Counted from the first letter of the whole stretch, positions 36,689 through 50,155 are shown. The stretch is 63,456 nucleotides of DNA, filler included, from Reticulomyxa filosa (GCA_000512085.1; 23 parts of 23 records of this genome joined end to end with filler, not necessarily neighbours in it); one strand, 5' to 3'. Notes: a model not told the origin generated them from the sequence alone. Numbers and translations: made by a program.

Positions 36689-39140
36689 TACTTAGTGATA
36701 TAGTAATAATATAATATTTTCACAAAAAAGGGGCATACTAAAGAAAACCGGTAGAGCAGAAGAGACACAACGAAATTTGGTTTGTGGTGGATAGCTTTAT
36801 TTTCATTTCATTTGTTAGCATAAAAATTAAGACTTGTTCACGACAACAAAAAAAAAAGCGAGCTAGACGAGAATTTTCACTAAAAAAAGATCAAAAAATT
36901 GGGTTAGATTCATTAGTTGTGACAAATCAACTTATACTCTTTTAAACTTGTTGAAAAATCAAAGCATTATAGATAAAAAAAATTAAAAAATGGAACTGAA
37001 CCCTTTTGGCGTTCTTTAAGTCAATTTTATTTTCATTTTTTAGAAAAAGAAAAATAACGTTCAATATCAGTTACATTTTTAAAAATTTTTTGTCTTTAAC
37101 GTACTTTTAAAATTTTTTTGCAAGTTACTTCCACTCTTGAAAATTAAGAAAGTATGATGATTTGATATGTTTGTGTGTCAAAAGTGCACTTATTCTAAGA
37201 CGTGAATAATGTCCGACACCTAAAGGCGATAGCAGGTTATTTCCTTATTAATACTTGAGAATTGCATTACATAATCTAATTTATAATTATTAGTTCAATC
37301 TAAGTATTCAAAAAAACAAGAACTAGCCGAGTGAAAGGACATAACATTTTCGGTGTTATGCCAAGCATGCTTATATACTTGCTTCAACAATTCTGCTTGC
37401 ACAATCAGAGCACAAAGGGCGTTTACCAGATAAGTGCAGCAGTGACACCTTGGGCCCAATTCTTCGAAGGCGCGTTCAACAAGAAAGCACATTGATAATC
37501 CATAGCAATGTAACATTAGATATGAATACATTTGTAATGGCTCCACATTATTTCTACGGATTTGCACTCGTGATATTCTTGTTACTTACAATTTTGTTTG
37601 TGCTCTTTGCTGTTGCCAGTATTACTATTTTTTACTTTTGTTGTGTTTTTAAAAATATTTACAATAAGAGTCAAACCCAAAAAAACGAACATGAATCAGT
37701 TTGATCAATCCAGTCAAATGATACCAATGTCTTTTTTCTAAAAATGAGAAATGATAATTAAGAGACGTTATTGGGTTTTTCAGAAATGGGTCATTTTTTG
37801 TGATTTGTGGGTNNNNNNNNNNNNNNNNNNNNNNNNNNNNNNNNNNNNNNNNNNNNTTAATTAATTAANNNNNNNNNNNNNNNNNNNNNNNNNNNNNNNN
37901 NNNNNNNNNNNNTTTTTTTTTTTTTGTTTGTTTATGTACTTGAAGGATTTTCTGTGACATCGTCCCCCCCCCCTCCACCTTTTTTTTTTTTTTAAAGAAA
38001 AAATCTTCGTGTGCACGTAGTCTCTTGTTTCAAAGACGAAAAAAAAAAGGTCCCCTCCCTTTCGTAGATATAATAGAAGCACTTTTTGTGGATGTTTACT
38101 GTTTTCAATAATTGATTCAAATGCAACAGCCATACTTTCCATGAATACGATTGTCTCTCTTCTATAGAAGTCCATATGTATTTTTATTATTTGGAATTTT
38201 TTTAAGAAACGACAGTGAAAGTGAGAAGGATTAGTTCTGACCTAACTTTGGTGACAGATAAGGATTGTATACGCTAAGCCGGAACAAAATAGCGCCAATT
38301 CGTTAATCCAAGTCAAAACAAAGTTGGAAAACTGAACAGAATGAAAAAAATACCTAGAAAAACTGTGAGATCACTGTTTTACTTGTGCAGATTTTTCTGC
38401 AACAAAAAATTGGATGATGAAAGTAATTATAACAAAAAAAAAAAACTCTATATAAACTTCATACATGAAAGACGATGAATAGAATTAATCGAATTTTAAC
38501 AAAAAAAACCAACAATCCCAATTGAGATTAAATGTGTATTTATCAGATTGATCAGAAAAACTGTTCACTTTCTACCTTCTTTTTTTCTGTTCATTCCTAA
38601 ATTAAACGAAATAAAAAAAGAGTTGTGTTTGAAAAATTGTAAGATCCAAGCTCTAAAATGAGCGTAGCAATAAATGGATATTGGTTCAACTTGAGACAGG
38701 GGGGAAAAAAAAAGGATAAAGACAAATTACACAAACATTTACAAATGAATTTTTTTTGTTTACGAAAAGAATAATAAACACAAATACTCAAAAAATGGAA
38801 GGTAGTTGTTTTATGGAATACTTTAAAAATCAAAAAAACTCAGGATGACCAACGACTTTTTGGTCATGTTCTGGCCTTGAGATAAGGAGTCTAGAATTTT
38901 TGTGTTTGTCTTCTTCGATGAACTGTTCACGTTCTCACTTCACGGCGATAGAATCTCTTTGTCTTGAACATAAGCAATTTTACTGTTATATTTTCTTAAA
39001 CTGGAATAAAAGAATATGATTTTTCTCAAAGATTACGAATNNNNNNNNNNNNNNNNNNNNNNNNNNNNNNNNNNNNNNNNNNNNTTAATTAATTAANNNN
39101 NNNNNNNNNNNNNNNNNNNNNNNNNNNNNNNNNNNNNNNN

Positions 39141-40660
39141 AGTTGATTGTTTTGGTAGGTTTTAATTGTGTGTCTGCAATAATATGATGTCACATGACTC
39201 AAGTAAGGTTTACCATTTCAGCAGGTTGTAACATCTTTTTTTGTTGTAACACAAAAACAATAAAATGCTCAAAATTTAAAAAAAAAAAAAATATATATAT
39301 ATATGTATGTATACATATATAAAAATATTTGTAATTTTAAAAAAAAAAATAATAACTTTATCATGTCTCAACAATTCATATTCTCTTTGTCTTTCCTTGA
39401 AATGTGATTGCAATCGTCTTGAGTTTAATATTTCCATTTTCAATTCATTTAATCTTGCCTGTTTAATCAAATCTACCCAAATACAAAAATAACACATTAC
39501 AAGTAAATAGAAATAAAATGAAATGAAAGATGTACGGTATTTAACTTTGAGTGATGGAGCAACGAATGCTTTCACAGCGATAACGAAAAGGTAAGAGATC
39601 ACTGGCGGACAATGGCAGCTTTTGAATGATTTGAACAGCACCAAGGGTCGACGAGTTGGAATTGGCAGAAAAAGAGGAAACGTTTGATCCGCGGACTCGA
39701 CATAATAAAATGGGACGAAACTTTTGCATTTCGTGTGGACTAATCAAAGTAATAGCGATTCCATAATGGCCTGCTCTGGCTGTTCGGCCAATGCGATGAA
39801 TGTACTTTTTGAGTGTGAGTGGACAGCTAAAATTGATCACTGCAGCGACTTCTCGGAAATCGATACCACGATGAGGCATTACTTCATTGTTGCTCGCCAT
39901 GTTAATTGTGTGGTCGTGAGCTGTCCTTCTTTTTGTCGATGGGTTGTTCACATCCACATTCGTTTTGACTGTCAAATGCATATCCGCCAATGCCTTTGTT
40001 TCTTTTTCAATCTCTTTTAACAATGTATCATCTGCTTCATCCATATCATATTCATCTCCGACATTCTCCTCGTCCTTCTCTTCTTCCTGCGTTGGGGGTA
40101 TGTCGTCGTGTTCGTCAATTGCATCCGTTGTTAGCAAATATTCTTTAATGTTAGTAATATTTTTTGTTGTTGTTTATCCTCTGATACAATATTATTATTG
40201 TTATTATTATTTTAAATTTCTCTCTTTCCTCATCATTTTTCATTACAAATTGTGAACAAATATTCCCATAACACGGGAAATCGCAATTTTAAAAAAAAAA
40301 AAAATTTCTTCACAACGTGAAATGAATAAAAATTAAAACACTACCAGATAATAAATAATAATAATAATAATAATAAAAAAGATCAAAACTGAATAAACCA
40401 CGGTTAAATTTGTCAAGAACCGATTGTCTGGAATTGTAAGGTAAATTAGGGTTTAAAACAGCGGTAGGGACTAGAAACCTTTCCAAAAATAATTTCAAAC
40501 GATAGCACAAATCAACAGTGTGAAGAAACACAATACTTTTGCCTTTGATAATCCCCAATTTGAGTAATGCATACATCACAAGATATTTTTCATTGGCATC
40601 ATCTACTTCGAGGTAGTACTCACTCAATTTACTTTCATCAAATCCGGTCTATTGTGGATC
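39141..40660 (-). CDS. DDX56: DEAD-box RNA helicase DDX56/DBP9, C-terminal half
   Basis: YALLKLGIIKGKSIVF, CYRLKLFLERF, LNPNLPYNSR, RGIDF, YIHRIGRTARAG, FRYR, ARLNELKMEILNSRRLQSHF, LLRHDK. Confidence 0.92.
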
Positions 40661-40760
40661 NNNNNNNNNNNNNNNNNNNNNNNNNNNNNNNNNNNNNNNN
40701 NNNNTTAATTAATTAANNNNNNNNNNNNNNNNNNNNNNNNNNNNNNNNNNNNNNNNNNNN

Positions 40761-42000
40761 CGACAAATTCGGTGGAGTCGAACTGTAAACCGCGGAAAAG
40801 AAGTATACAGGAGATAAACACGCCGAACAACCTTAAAATCAAAATAAGTGATGAGTGTATCTCAACTGAAGGAAAACGAAGACGGGTGTTTAGTGAGCGG
40901 ACTGATCACAACGAATGCAATGGTCACGAAACAAGCAATTTTACAATTGCAAAGGAATTACCAAGTAAGAAAGAAAAAGAATATCAATAGCAAAAAATGT
41001 GGTGAAAGTGAATAACAATGCATATAAAAGTTAAAGGAAAAGTATGGAGTGAGGAAAAAGCAGTGAATGAGTCGAGAAAGTCCAAAAGTGATAATAACAA
41101 AAACAAGATCAGTACTGCAGAGATATTGCTAAAAGTGATGAGTTGTTTGCCTAGTCCCAGCTCCAACAAAGCGTATGATGATAAAAAAAAGCAAGCGCTT
41201 GAATGTTAGCGAAAGACAGAGGATGTGTATATATGTTTCTGTGTGTAGATTTTGATGTGGACTGTGATTAGGAGATACAACGTGGTCGAGAACGGAGATT
41301 AGAAAACCGAAGACGAGAAATAATGAAGAGAACGGGACTAACAGGAACGAGAGAACATGACAAAAGTGTATCAGATATTGTGTGGAATAAGCCTCCTGTG
41401 ATCCGAGTAAATGAAGAAAGACGACAAAGCAAGGAAGAGATTGTCGAAGAAGCAAGCTCGACTCGTGATTATAGATTGAACTTAATTGATCATAGGAGTG
41501 ACGAGAAATACAAACGATTTCAAGTGTTGGAAGTGTGAAGAAATGAGTTATGTGTGATGGTCCAGGTGAAAGAGACGAGCAATAAAGACGAGATTGACAA
41601 TAATGTGGAGTCAATCGAAAGAAATGACAAAACCGAAGAGAGTTTATGGACCATTGAACTTCGTGAGGATTGGTACGAGATCACCATTGGTGCAAATGAT
41701 TTGATTCATGTTATCGGTGACACGGTTGCAACTCTAAAACAAAGCGACGCATACAAGTATTGTGACACTATCATTGAAAATGAAGCGATCAAAGAGACGC
41801 AGCAATGGCAATGTTCACTTCCTCCTTTTCTAATCCCAACAGACAGTTTCCCTGTTATAATCGAGGACTCGTCTCATTTCATTATCGACAATTTGCACAA
41901 CTTGCTTGTGTTGCATCCGGATTGCTTGATTACTCCCACCAAAATTTCATCCAGTTTTCCATGTCCTCGTAGATCCGTTATTTCTTCCTATTTTCGTGTT
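40761..42000 (+). CDS. DNA2: DNA2 nuclease/helicase, N-terminal fragment (frameshifts or introns upstream)
   Basis: IELREDWYEITIGANDLIHVIG...IIDNLHNLLVLHPDCLITPTKISSSFPCPRRSVIS. Confidence 0.8.
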
Positions 42001-42125
42001 ACGCTTTATCTCTTACCAAAAAAAANNNNNNNNNNNNNNNNNNNNNNNNNNNNNNNNNNNNNNNNNNNNTTAATTAATTAANNNNNNNNNNNNNNNNNNN
42101 NNNNNNNNNNNNNNNNNNNNNNNNN

Positions 42126-43470
42126 AATAATAATAATAATAATAATAATAGTTTGAACGATAACAATACCAGAAAGTCCTCCATCCAAAGCAAAGATAAG
42201 AAAAAACAAGCCGATGATGAGGACGACGATGAGAAGCAAAAGGAACATGACAATTTCATGGAAAAAGAGTTTCAAGCATCTCAAATTCGTAGAGTTGTTT
42301 CGTTTAGGTTTTTTTGTTTTTGACAAGTTCTTCCTCACTTATCTTTCTCTCTTCTCATTACCCCATCTGGGATCACAATCGTGGGTTCATAAGCTTGACA
42401 AAATCAAAAAATCAAAAAAAAAAATTTTTTAAAAAAAAGTCGCGAATGATTGAAAAAAGAAATGTGATTCGCGATAGAGATGTAACTGGTGACAAATGGT
42501 CCAAAGAAGATTTTGATGACGTATCAAAAGAGATGGAAGAAGAATTGAATCGATTGGTCAAGAAAGTTTAGTTTATTTCACCAATTTTTTTTTTTTTGTG
42601 TGTGTATATGTGTGTGTGAATGTATATACACACATACATGTATATGAACATATATATTATGTGTATGCATATATGTATATATATATATTTAGTAATTTTT
42701 TTTTTGTTACAAAAAAAAAAAAGGAAAGTTCAAAGGGAAGTGAAATCGCAGCACTATTGACACCTCACAATAATGGCATAATGGACTCACAAGCACTTGA
42801 CAATGAGGATAACCGAACAGTAATCGAAAACTTTAATAGCCTGCTAGATGGTCAAGCTTTTGGTGACACAACGAATCGTGTTGACTCACCCATTGTTCGT
42901 CGTCGTTCCACTGGTTTGTTCTTGTTTATTTATTTATTTGTTTATTTGGTTTGTTGTTTTGGGCTAGTTGGATCTAAAGTCAACACAAACCAAAAAAATA
43001 AAAAAATAGAAAAGAGTGGCAGTGACACAAATCCAAAACCACTGAATGGTGTGGACACATTTGCGACCAATAAAAACCCGGCGGTACGCCCCTTGGGCTC
43101 GATGGTCAGCACGGCCCCTTTGTACGACATGAATGTGGTCGCCGGCGCAGCGCGAAAAGACTCTGCGAATAACCAAGGCGCATTGGCAAGTGGCGTCGCG
43201 CCCGTACGTCCAGTGGAACTGGCACATCCATTGCGAGGGTCACTCGGAACGGGACGAGGAAGCGACGGGGTCGCCCCTGACTATATTGTCCCATCCACTG
43301 CACCTGGACGAATGAATGTCGATCACCGAAGTGATATTCAAAACAATATCACTACTCCTTATGCACTAGACATTTCTCAAATCGCCAATCCCGTACATCC
43401 TTTGACCGACAAACCCCTTTCCACCACCAATTCCTCTGATAAAAACGCTTGTCTAAAGATCCTTGAATGG
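42126..43470 (+). CDS. Hypothetical multi-exon protein fragment
   Basis: Phase-consistent introns 42294-42439, 42566-42723 and 42914-43009 join open frames. Confidence 0.65.
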
Positions 43471-43769
43471 TATATCGCGCCTTTTACACAAGCAGAATCT
43501 ATTCAGTTTAGTCTTTGAGGTTGGTTGGTTGATTGATTGATTGATTGATCGATTGATTAATTGATTGTTTGCTTAGTTTTTTTTTTTTAAATAAATACAT
43601 ACATAATAACATATACATATATATATATATATATATATGTATATGTATGTATNNNNNNNNNNNNNNNNNNNNNNNNNNNNNNNNNNNNNNNNNNNNTTAA
43701 TTAATTAANNNNNNNNNNNNNNNNNNNNNNNNNNNNNNNNNNNNNNNNNNNNGAGAAGGGATACAAAGT

Positions 43770-44730
43770 TTATCTTCCCTCAGTGAAACGATTTTGTGAA
43801 AGGGGATCAGTAGTAGTAAGTTTTGGGACAGTGTTGTCATTGGTCAAGCTAACTTGCGTTTGTGGTATAACGCCCACCTTGATCGTGGTCAAAGCCTTTG
43901 GTGTGAGTTCCACGCTCTCTTGCAGCATCCTATGGATATGGTGGAGATGTTGACTGGAGCGAGCACTTGTTCCAGTCGGTAGGAGTTCCTTTGTCGAGTC
44001 CAAATGGTGGGTGGCCTGAAGCCGAGGAGCCTGACTGCTCTTACGCACCGCGTGAAGCGATACGAAGCAAATGCTGAGGAATATCATTGCCGCGCCTAAA
44101 GCGGTCAGCCAACTCATGGATTCTTTCAATATTGTCACCTATCAATAACACTTTACTCCTGTCCATCTCGTGTGTGTATTATGCGTTTTTGTTTAATTTC
44201 TTTTTCTGCTCCTCCTCCCCCCCCTCCCCTTTGCCTCAATTTTCCTCTCTTTCCACCTTGCCTTTGCCAAAGTTCATTTCGGGAAGGGGAAAAAAAAAAA
44301 AAAAAAATCACTTGTTGCCACCAACAAAAAGGGAAATGACATAAGACGATATTGTTTGTAACGTTCACCAAACTTGCCAAATGTAAGACCAAATGATATC
44401 ACTCGCACGCAACAAGCTGGACAGACCGGAAGGGATCTTTTGGGCCGAGTAATTGAGTGTGACCTGTCCGACCCAGCCGACCACGCCGACGGCGGCGAAA
44501 TACAGCACTGTCGGCCACGCCACAAACTTGGCCCATTGCAAGCCCCGCTGCAGCATAAAGGCCATCGCGACGCCGATGCAAAGTTGAAACACGCCGTGGC
44601 TGATCACGTGAAACGAAAAGGGGATAAAGTGCAACTTGCGAACGATCACAAATATGAATGCTGACAATATCGCCCCGCCCACGCAAGCCGCGTAGCCATA
44701 GTAACGATTTGCTTCATCTTTGTGTGTTTC
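43770..44730 (-). CDS. EamA/DMT-family transporter, 3' part
   Basis: GGAILSAFIFVIVRKL...GWVGQVTLNYSAQKIPSGLSSLLRASDIIWSYIWQV | TILKESMSWLTALGAAMIFLS. Confidence 0.85.
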
Positions 44731-44910
44731 TTTGTTTCCACATATTTACAAACAAGCCAAAGCAAATTTTTTTTTTTTTAAAANNNNNNNNNNNNNNNNN
44801 NNNNNNNNNNNNNNNNNNNNNNNNNNNTTAATTAATTAANNNNNNNNNNNNNNNNNNNNNNNNNNNNNNNNNNNNNNNNNNNNTTTTTTTTTTTTTTTAC
44901 TCACTTTTGC

Positions 44911-45545
44911 AGCGAGTCCCCTCGTCGACGCTCCGGCCAAAAGCCTGAGTCCAAGTCATCCTCTCGCCGTCGTAAGAATGGCTCCAAAATACGAGCTAAA
45001 CGTCTCAGATTACCGGCGGACGCATCTGCAGCTATACAACAGTTTTGCTTTGTGCTGTTTGTCTTTTTTTTTTTTTTTTTTTTTGAAATGGAGCCAACAG
45101 GTCGGGTTGTTTGATGGGACATTAAGAAGAGAACAGTCGGAGACTAATGTCGATAAACAGGACCTGTTGAACGTCAGCGCTATTGGCGAAAACGTCGACA
45201 ATGAATTGAACCAGGCATTAGATACAAATGTCTTGGCACAAGAGGATCCGCTCGACAATGACGCTGTCAAAGACGACTCACTCCAACAAAAAGACAATGA
45301 AGCCGAAGTCTCCAAAAGGTCCCGACAACAAATGATGTCCCAACTACCAAATGCAAACAATGACGATGAACATTCCACTTCAGGCATGTAATCTTTGCTT
45401 TTATGGTCTATCTTTTCCTTTTTTCATTGTCAACCTTTTAATCTATGAGTCAACAACCTTTTTTTTTTTTTTTCTAATTGCGATAGAAGTAAAAGAACCC
45501 CCTCCAAAAAGGGCAAGACGTCTACGTAGACCAAAGGGATCGTAA
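44911..45545 (+). CDS. Hypothetical protein, 3' part with an NLS-like end
   Basis: Acidic exon ~45101-45383; final exon EVKEPPPKRARRLRRPKGS-TAA. Confidence 0.5.
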
Positions 45546-45990
45546 AGTAGAGTAGCACGAGCCGGATTATGATCGACTTAAAAAAAAAAACAAAACAAAA
45601 AGAAAAAGAAAAGTATCATATTGTGGCATTTGCACGGCAGGGTCTTTGAACTCTCTCTCTCTCTCTTTCCTTGTTCATTTGCAAGAAAGTTTTACTACTA
45701 CAAAATCCCTCAGATTGACACTAACACTACATACACGAAGCTTTGCTTACCTTTCAATCCTGGGGATTTATGTGTTTTTTTTATACCATATTTAACATGA
45801 AGTATTTTAACCCACTTGTGCAAACTAAATGTCTTTTTCCAAATGTCTTCTTTTTTTCATTTATAAAAATTTTCTTTATGGCTCTTTTCAAAAAATAATT
45901 CAGACAAAAAAAAAAGGACGACCTTAAAGTTTTGTTTGTCCCTTGAGAGAAAAGAAAAAAGCTTCACTTTTTCTGTTTTTCCCACAGTAA

Positions 45991-47091
45991 ATGTCAGGCT
46001 CTCGATTGGCAAGAGATTGGGTCGGCTGTGTCATTCAACTTTTGGCGTTTTTTTATGTGTGCATTATTTGGTGGCTGCTTTGTAAAGAAGCCCTTTTTTA
46101 CTTTGGTTTCTCCAGAAAAGTGGCAGTGTCAACAGAAGAGAACAAAGAAGCAGATGAAAGTACAGTAGAGAGAAGAGATGAGCTATCACAACGATGGTTG
46201 AATTGTTTGTCATTGGTGCAATTGACGATGTTGTCGGCGATGTTCATATTCCTGAAAGAGTTAATATCTTCAGTGAATTGGATTTATTGGTTAATAGTTC
46301 CACGTGACAATCGCGGAGATGCAGCGCAAATATTTTTGACTGATTTGTGCTTTGCATTTTCGTTATTCTTTATGCAAGTGCTGTTCGTGGAGAGATTGTA
46401 TTTTTCGTTAAACGAGACAAAATTCCAATATCCAAACTATGTGTATACGTTGGTCCGCGTCAATATTGTCCTTATTTTTGGGTGCGCACTTGGAGTCACA
46501 TGGTTTGAATCGCTTGGTCCATTTTCGTCGCTCTCTCCATGGTTTGCGGTGTTATGTGTCTTGATGATTGCCAATACATCGTCAGTTACGTATATGTTTC
46601 ATCGGGGATTGCTACTGCTTGTCGTTAATGCATCCGGGTCTGCGAAAGCAAAAGGAGATTATTTACTTCATGCTTTAATACGATTGACTTTTTCTTCTTT
46701 GGTCGCTTTAGGTAAGCTATTTGTCTTTATTCTCTTTGTTTCAAAGAAGGGAAGTATAAAAAAAAATGTGATTGTGGAAATGGGATTGTTAAGCTTTAGT
46801 TTTATTTGTACTTGTTTTTTGTGCACAGGGAGTACGTCCATAGTACTGATAACGGGTTTGAGTTGTTTTCGAGTGTGCAATTTTTGTAATGCAACCTATG
46901 TATATTATGCCTTCTTTCCCATCGATTCGATGGTCAACATTTCATGCCTGTTATTCAGTGTAAGATTCGGACATTCTTACTATCTTCGAGTTTGTGGTCG
47001 ACTTCACGAACATATGTATCAATACATAAAACCAATGTCCCAACCAGTAACGACTGATGGCGTAACACTTAAGGAAATAGAGGAAGCGTGA
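45991..47091 (+). CDS. Seven-transmembrane GPCR-like protein (probable intron 46712-46828)
   Basis: About 7 hydrophobic segments; FVERLYFS after TM3; PIDSMVNISCLLFS in TM7; YLRVCGRLH tail. Confidence 0.7.
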   Translation: MSGSRLARDWVGCVIQLLAFFYVCIIWWLLCKEALFYFGFSRKVAVSTEENKEADESTVERRDELSQRWLNCLSLVQLTMLSAMFIFLKELISSVNWIYWLIVPRDNRGDAAQIFLTDLCFAFSLFFMQVLFVERLYFSLNETKFQYPNYVYTLVRVNIVLIFGCALGVTWFESLGPFSSLSPWFAVLCVLMIANTSSVTYMFHRGLLLLVVNASGSAKAKGDYLLHALIRLTFSSLVALGKLFVFILFVSKKGSIKKNVIVEMGLLSFSFICTCFLCTGSTSIVLITGLSCFRVCNFCNATYVYYAFFPIDSMVNISCLLFSVRFGHSYYLRVCGRLHEHMYQYIKPMSQPVTTDGVTLKEIEEA

Positions 47092-48220
47092 AATTGAAAA
47101 CTTCTTTTTTAGGAAGGAAATCAAGACAGTGTCTTTTTTTAAGAAAAAATTGAGATGTTGTACTGGAATTTTTTTTGAGTTTTTTTGAAATTGTGAAAGT
47201 TGATTATGTTCATGCTTGATCAACCAGTTTGCTGACTGCAAACATTGTTGAAATTGCTTCAATAAAAATTGTCGATCTTACAGACACTTTCTTATTCGTA
47301 AATTTTGCTCTGCATCCGTGCTTGGTTCGCTTACACTTGGGTGATTCAAATTGGCTTGTGTTTGCTTTCCTTGTAGCTTTCCATTTTGAGCCACTTCTTC
47401 AAAGCTAAAAACAGCAAAGCTCCAGCAGCTATAAACAATCGCAATCGATCGTAATTTGATTCGATGGCCATACTTGTTGTTCAACTCCTGAAGGCCTTAT
47501 ACACATATGGACACTCACAATCACTATCATCACGAGCTCTGCCATTGTTTAGAGTCAAATGCTTGTATAAAGTTTAGCAGGTTCAACAAGAAAGTGTTAC
47601 TTTGAAGATGAACAACATTTTCCCTGCAAAAAAAGTGTGATAAAAAATTTAGGTCAGGTATATAGATTAATCATTATATAAAGGTCACAATTCTACAACA
47701 TTGTAGAATACAAAAACATCCAAATGCCTATCTGAAAATCATGAGACCCGGCGGGGTTAGCTGTTGCTATTCACCGATAGCAGCTGGCCTTTGTCTGTGA
47801 GGTGCAGTGACCAGTAATCAATTTTGAATTTTTTTTGACTTTTCAAAAAATTATCTACTTTATTCTTGACAAGAAAACTTCTAGTCTTTTTTTTTAGACT
47901 AAATCGGATTTTGTTGTGTTTCGAGACTAGGAGCTATTGCCAATAGATCTTGAAAAAAAAAAGCTCTACAATCATGCACAATGTCCACCCATTTCCAGAA
48001 AAGTATTTTGAAAGCAAATGCATAGACTTTCTTTCGGTGTTTTGAGCAAATATACAAAGCTATTTTCTTTCCTCTTAAGGCAAAGAACATGAACCAACAG
48101 TTTCAGAATTAAAATTAATATGCTAGTGTTTCTGACTCTCAAACGCCCCTTTGATAAACCAGCACAAACAATAGAAAGAGAAAAGGACTGTAACGGAAGG
48201 GGAAAAAGGATATGAAAGGG

Positions 48221-48810
48221 CTAAGGGGATCGTAAGACATCATCTTTGGGAGAAAAAGAAACATTACAACCACATTTGGATTGAACATTGGGATTATTGG
48301 AAATAACAAAAGATTTTTGAAGTAAATCTTGAACATAATCCAAAGTAGAACCTTTTAAAAAGATTAAAGATTGTTTATCAATAACAATATCAACATTAAT
48401 ATTAATATCATGAATAATAATATCTTGATCATTTTCAATATCTTGATCATTAATTAATTCAAATACATATTGAAAACCTGAACATCCACCACTACTAACA
48501 CTAACACGTAATTTTAAATCTTTTTCTTTCTTTTTTCTTTTAATTCTTTTATTCTTTCTTTTACATTTTTTGTTATAATTAATGGATATTCTTTTTCATT
48601 TGTAATTATATTTTTATGTAATGGTGATGATGATGATAATATTCTTGATAATGATATTCTTGATAATATTATTCTTGATTGTAATATTCTTAATGGTGTT
48701 GTCTTGTCCACTTTTTTCAGGTTTTGACGTAGTGTTAAGCCAAAGAAACTTCTTTTATTTCCTGAAAAGGCCAACATACTCAGTTTTTTCAGCGCACAAC
48801 GTCTCCACAT
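48221..48810 (-). CDS. ISCA2: Mitochondrial A-type Fe-S cluster assembly protein (HesB/IscA family, ISCA2-like); frameshift in an A-run at ~48530
   Basis: Basic presequence, then LRVSVSSGGCSGFQYVF...VIDKQSLIFLKGSTLDYVQDL...NNPNVQSKCGCNVSF-...-TAG (frame not in the ORF track). Confidence 0.88.
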
Positions 48811-49332
48811 TTTTCAAAAGTTTTAGGAGCAAAAATGTCGTTTTTTTCTTTAGTTACAGAGTTTTTTAAAGCCCCTTTGAGCGTTCTTTTTTCGAACTCA
48901 AGTTACTAGCCCAAAAAAAGCAAAAGTTTCTGTTTTGTATGAATGTTATGCGACTCTGAAATGAAAAAAGTGAGAGAATGCAGGTTGTGTATCTTCATCT
49001 ATCAAGAATATATCAAAGAATTTTTGCATTGTTTTTGGTCCGCAATTAAAGATGTTTTCGAGATTGAACAAGCATTTCCAGAACAAAGCGAGTAAAAAGA
49101 AAAAATGTGACATTCCTGTCCTGCGTCAAAAAAACAACTTTCTATACACATCACCACAAAAAGAAGACTCGTCAACAAAAAAGGGTGTAAGATGTTGTGC
49201 ACAATATGTTTTTTTTTTTTAATCTTTCTACATTTGAGGCAGTCGGTAATGTCTTGAACAATAAGGAAAATTTTTTTTCTCCCCTTCCCTCCAATTTCTC
49301 CAAAAAAAAAGCAAACAAACAAAAAAAGAACT

Positions 49333-50155
49333 TTATTTATGATTTTGTCGGACAAAGTCTCTTTTGACGTTTTCAAAATTTTCACCATTAATGCTGAGTT
49401 CATATTTGAACCCAGTGTCTTTGTTTGTAATGATTTCGATTTGCAAGTTATCGTTTCCTGTTTTGATGAAGAATTTGGTTTCGTTAGATTTGTCGCTGTA
49501 CTTTTCGACATTGTCGACCAAAACGACACGTTTACTTTTGCCTTGTTTTCCGGTCTTGACATTGTGTCTCAAGACAACGGAATGGGCATGATGATCACTT
49601 CCCAAGTAAGTCCACGTTGTCACGTACTTCTCATTGCCAAACTTGGTTTTTTCGACAGTTATTTTCTTGTTAAATTCGCGGCCTGTTATGCCGTTTGCAG
49701 GTTGAGTGGCCTGTTTGTTGTCCTTGGCTGTCACAGTGTTGCGATTGTCAATCTTTTGGCTTTGCGCGGCTGTTATATTATACATATATAAATACATAGT
49801 TTTGTATATTTATATAAAAATTATTATATTTTTACAAAAAAAAAAGAAAAGCTTTACTCTCTCTCTCTCACCTTTGTTCCTTTCTTGCTGTTCGAACAAT
49901 GCAGCCAAGTCCTCCTCTGGCTCTAAAGAGCTCTGCTTGGGCACGTTAGCTTTGCTGTGAACATCATTTTGTTGCACACTCGCCTTGCGCTGAGGCACGC
50001 TGCTTTGTTTCCGCGCATTCGCGTGGTCATTTTCATTGCCACCTGGAACCGGGGGCAAGTTGTCCATTGAGTCCACGCCATACGCGTGGTGTGCATTTAT
50101 GTTAATTCCACTGTTCTCTCTCCACATTTCTTGGTTCTGATGTGCTGCGCCAGAT
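49333..50155 (-). CDS. Protein with a C-terminal FAIM-like beta-sandwich domain (5' partial)
   Basis: TW...HSVVLRHNVKTGK...KRVVLVDNVE...GFKYELSINGENF resembles FAIM W...HKIEFEHGTTSGKRVVYVDGKE...YEYTLEINGKS. Confidence 0.7.
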
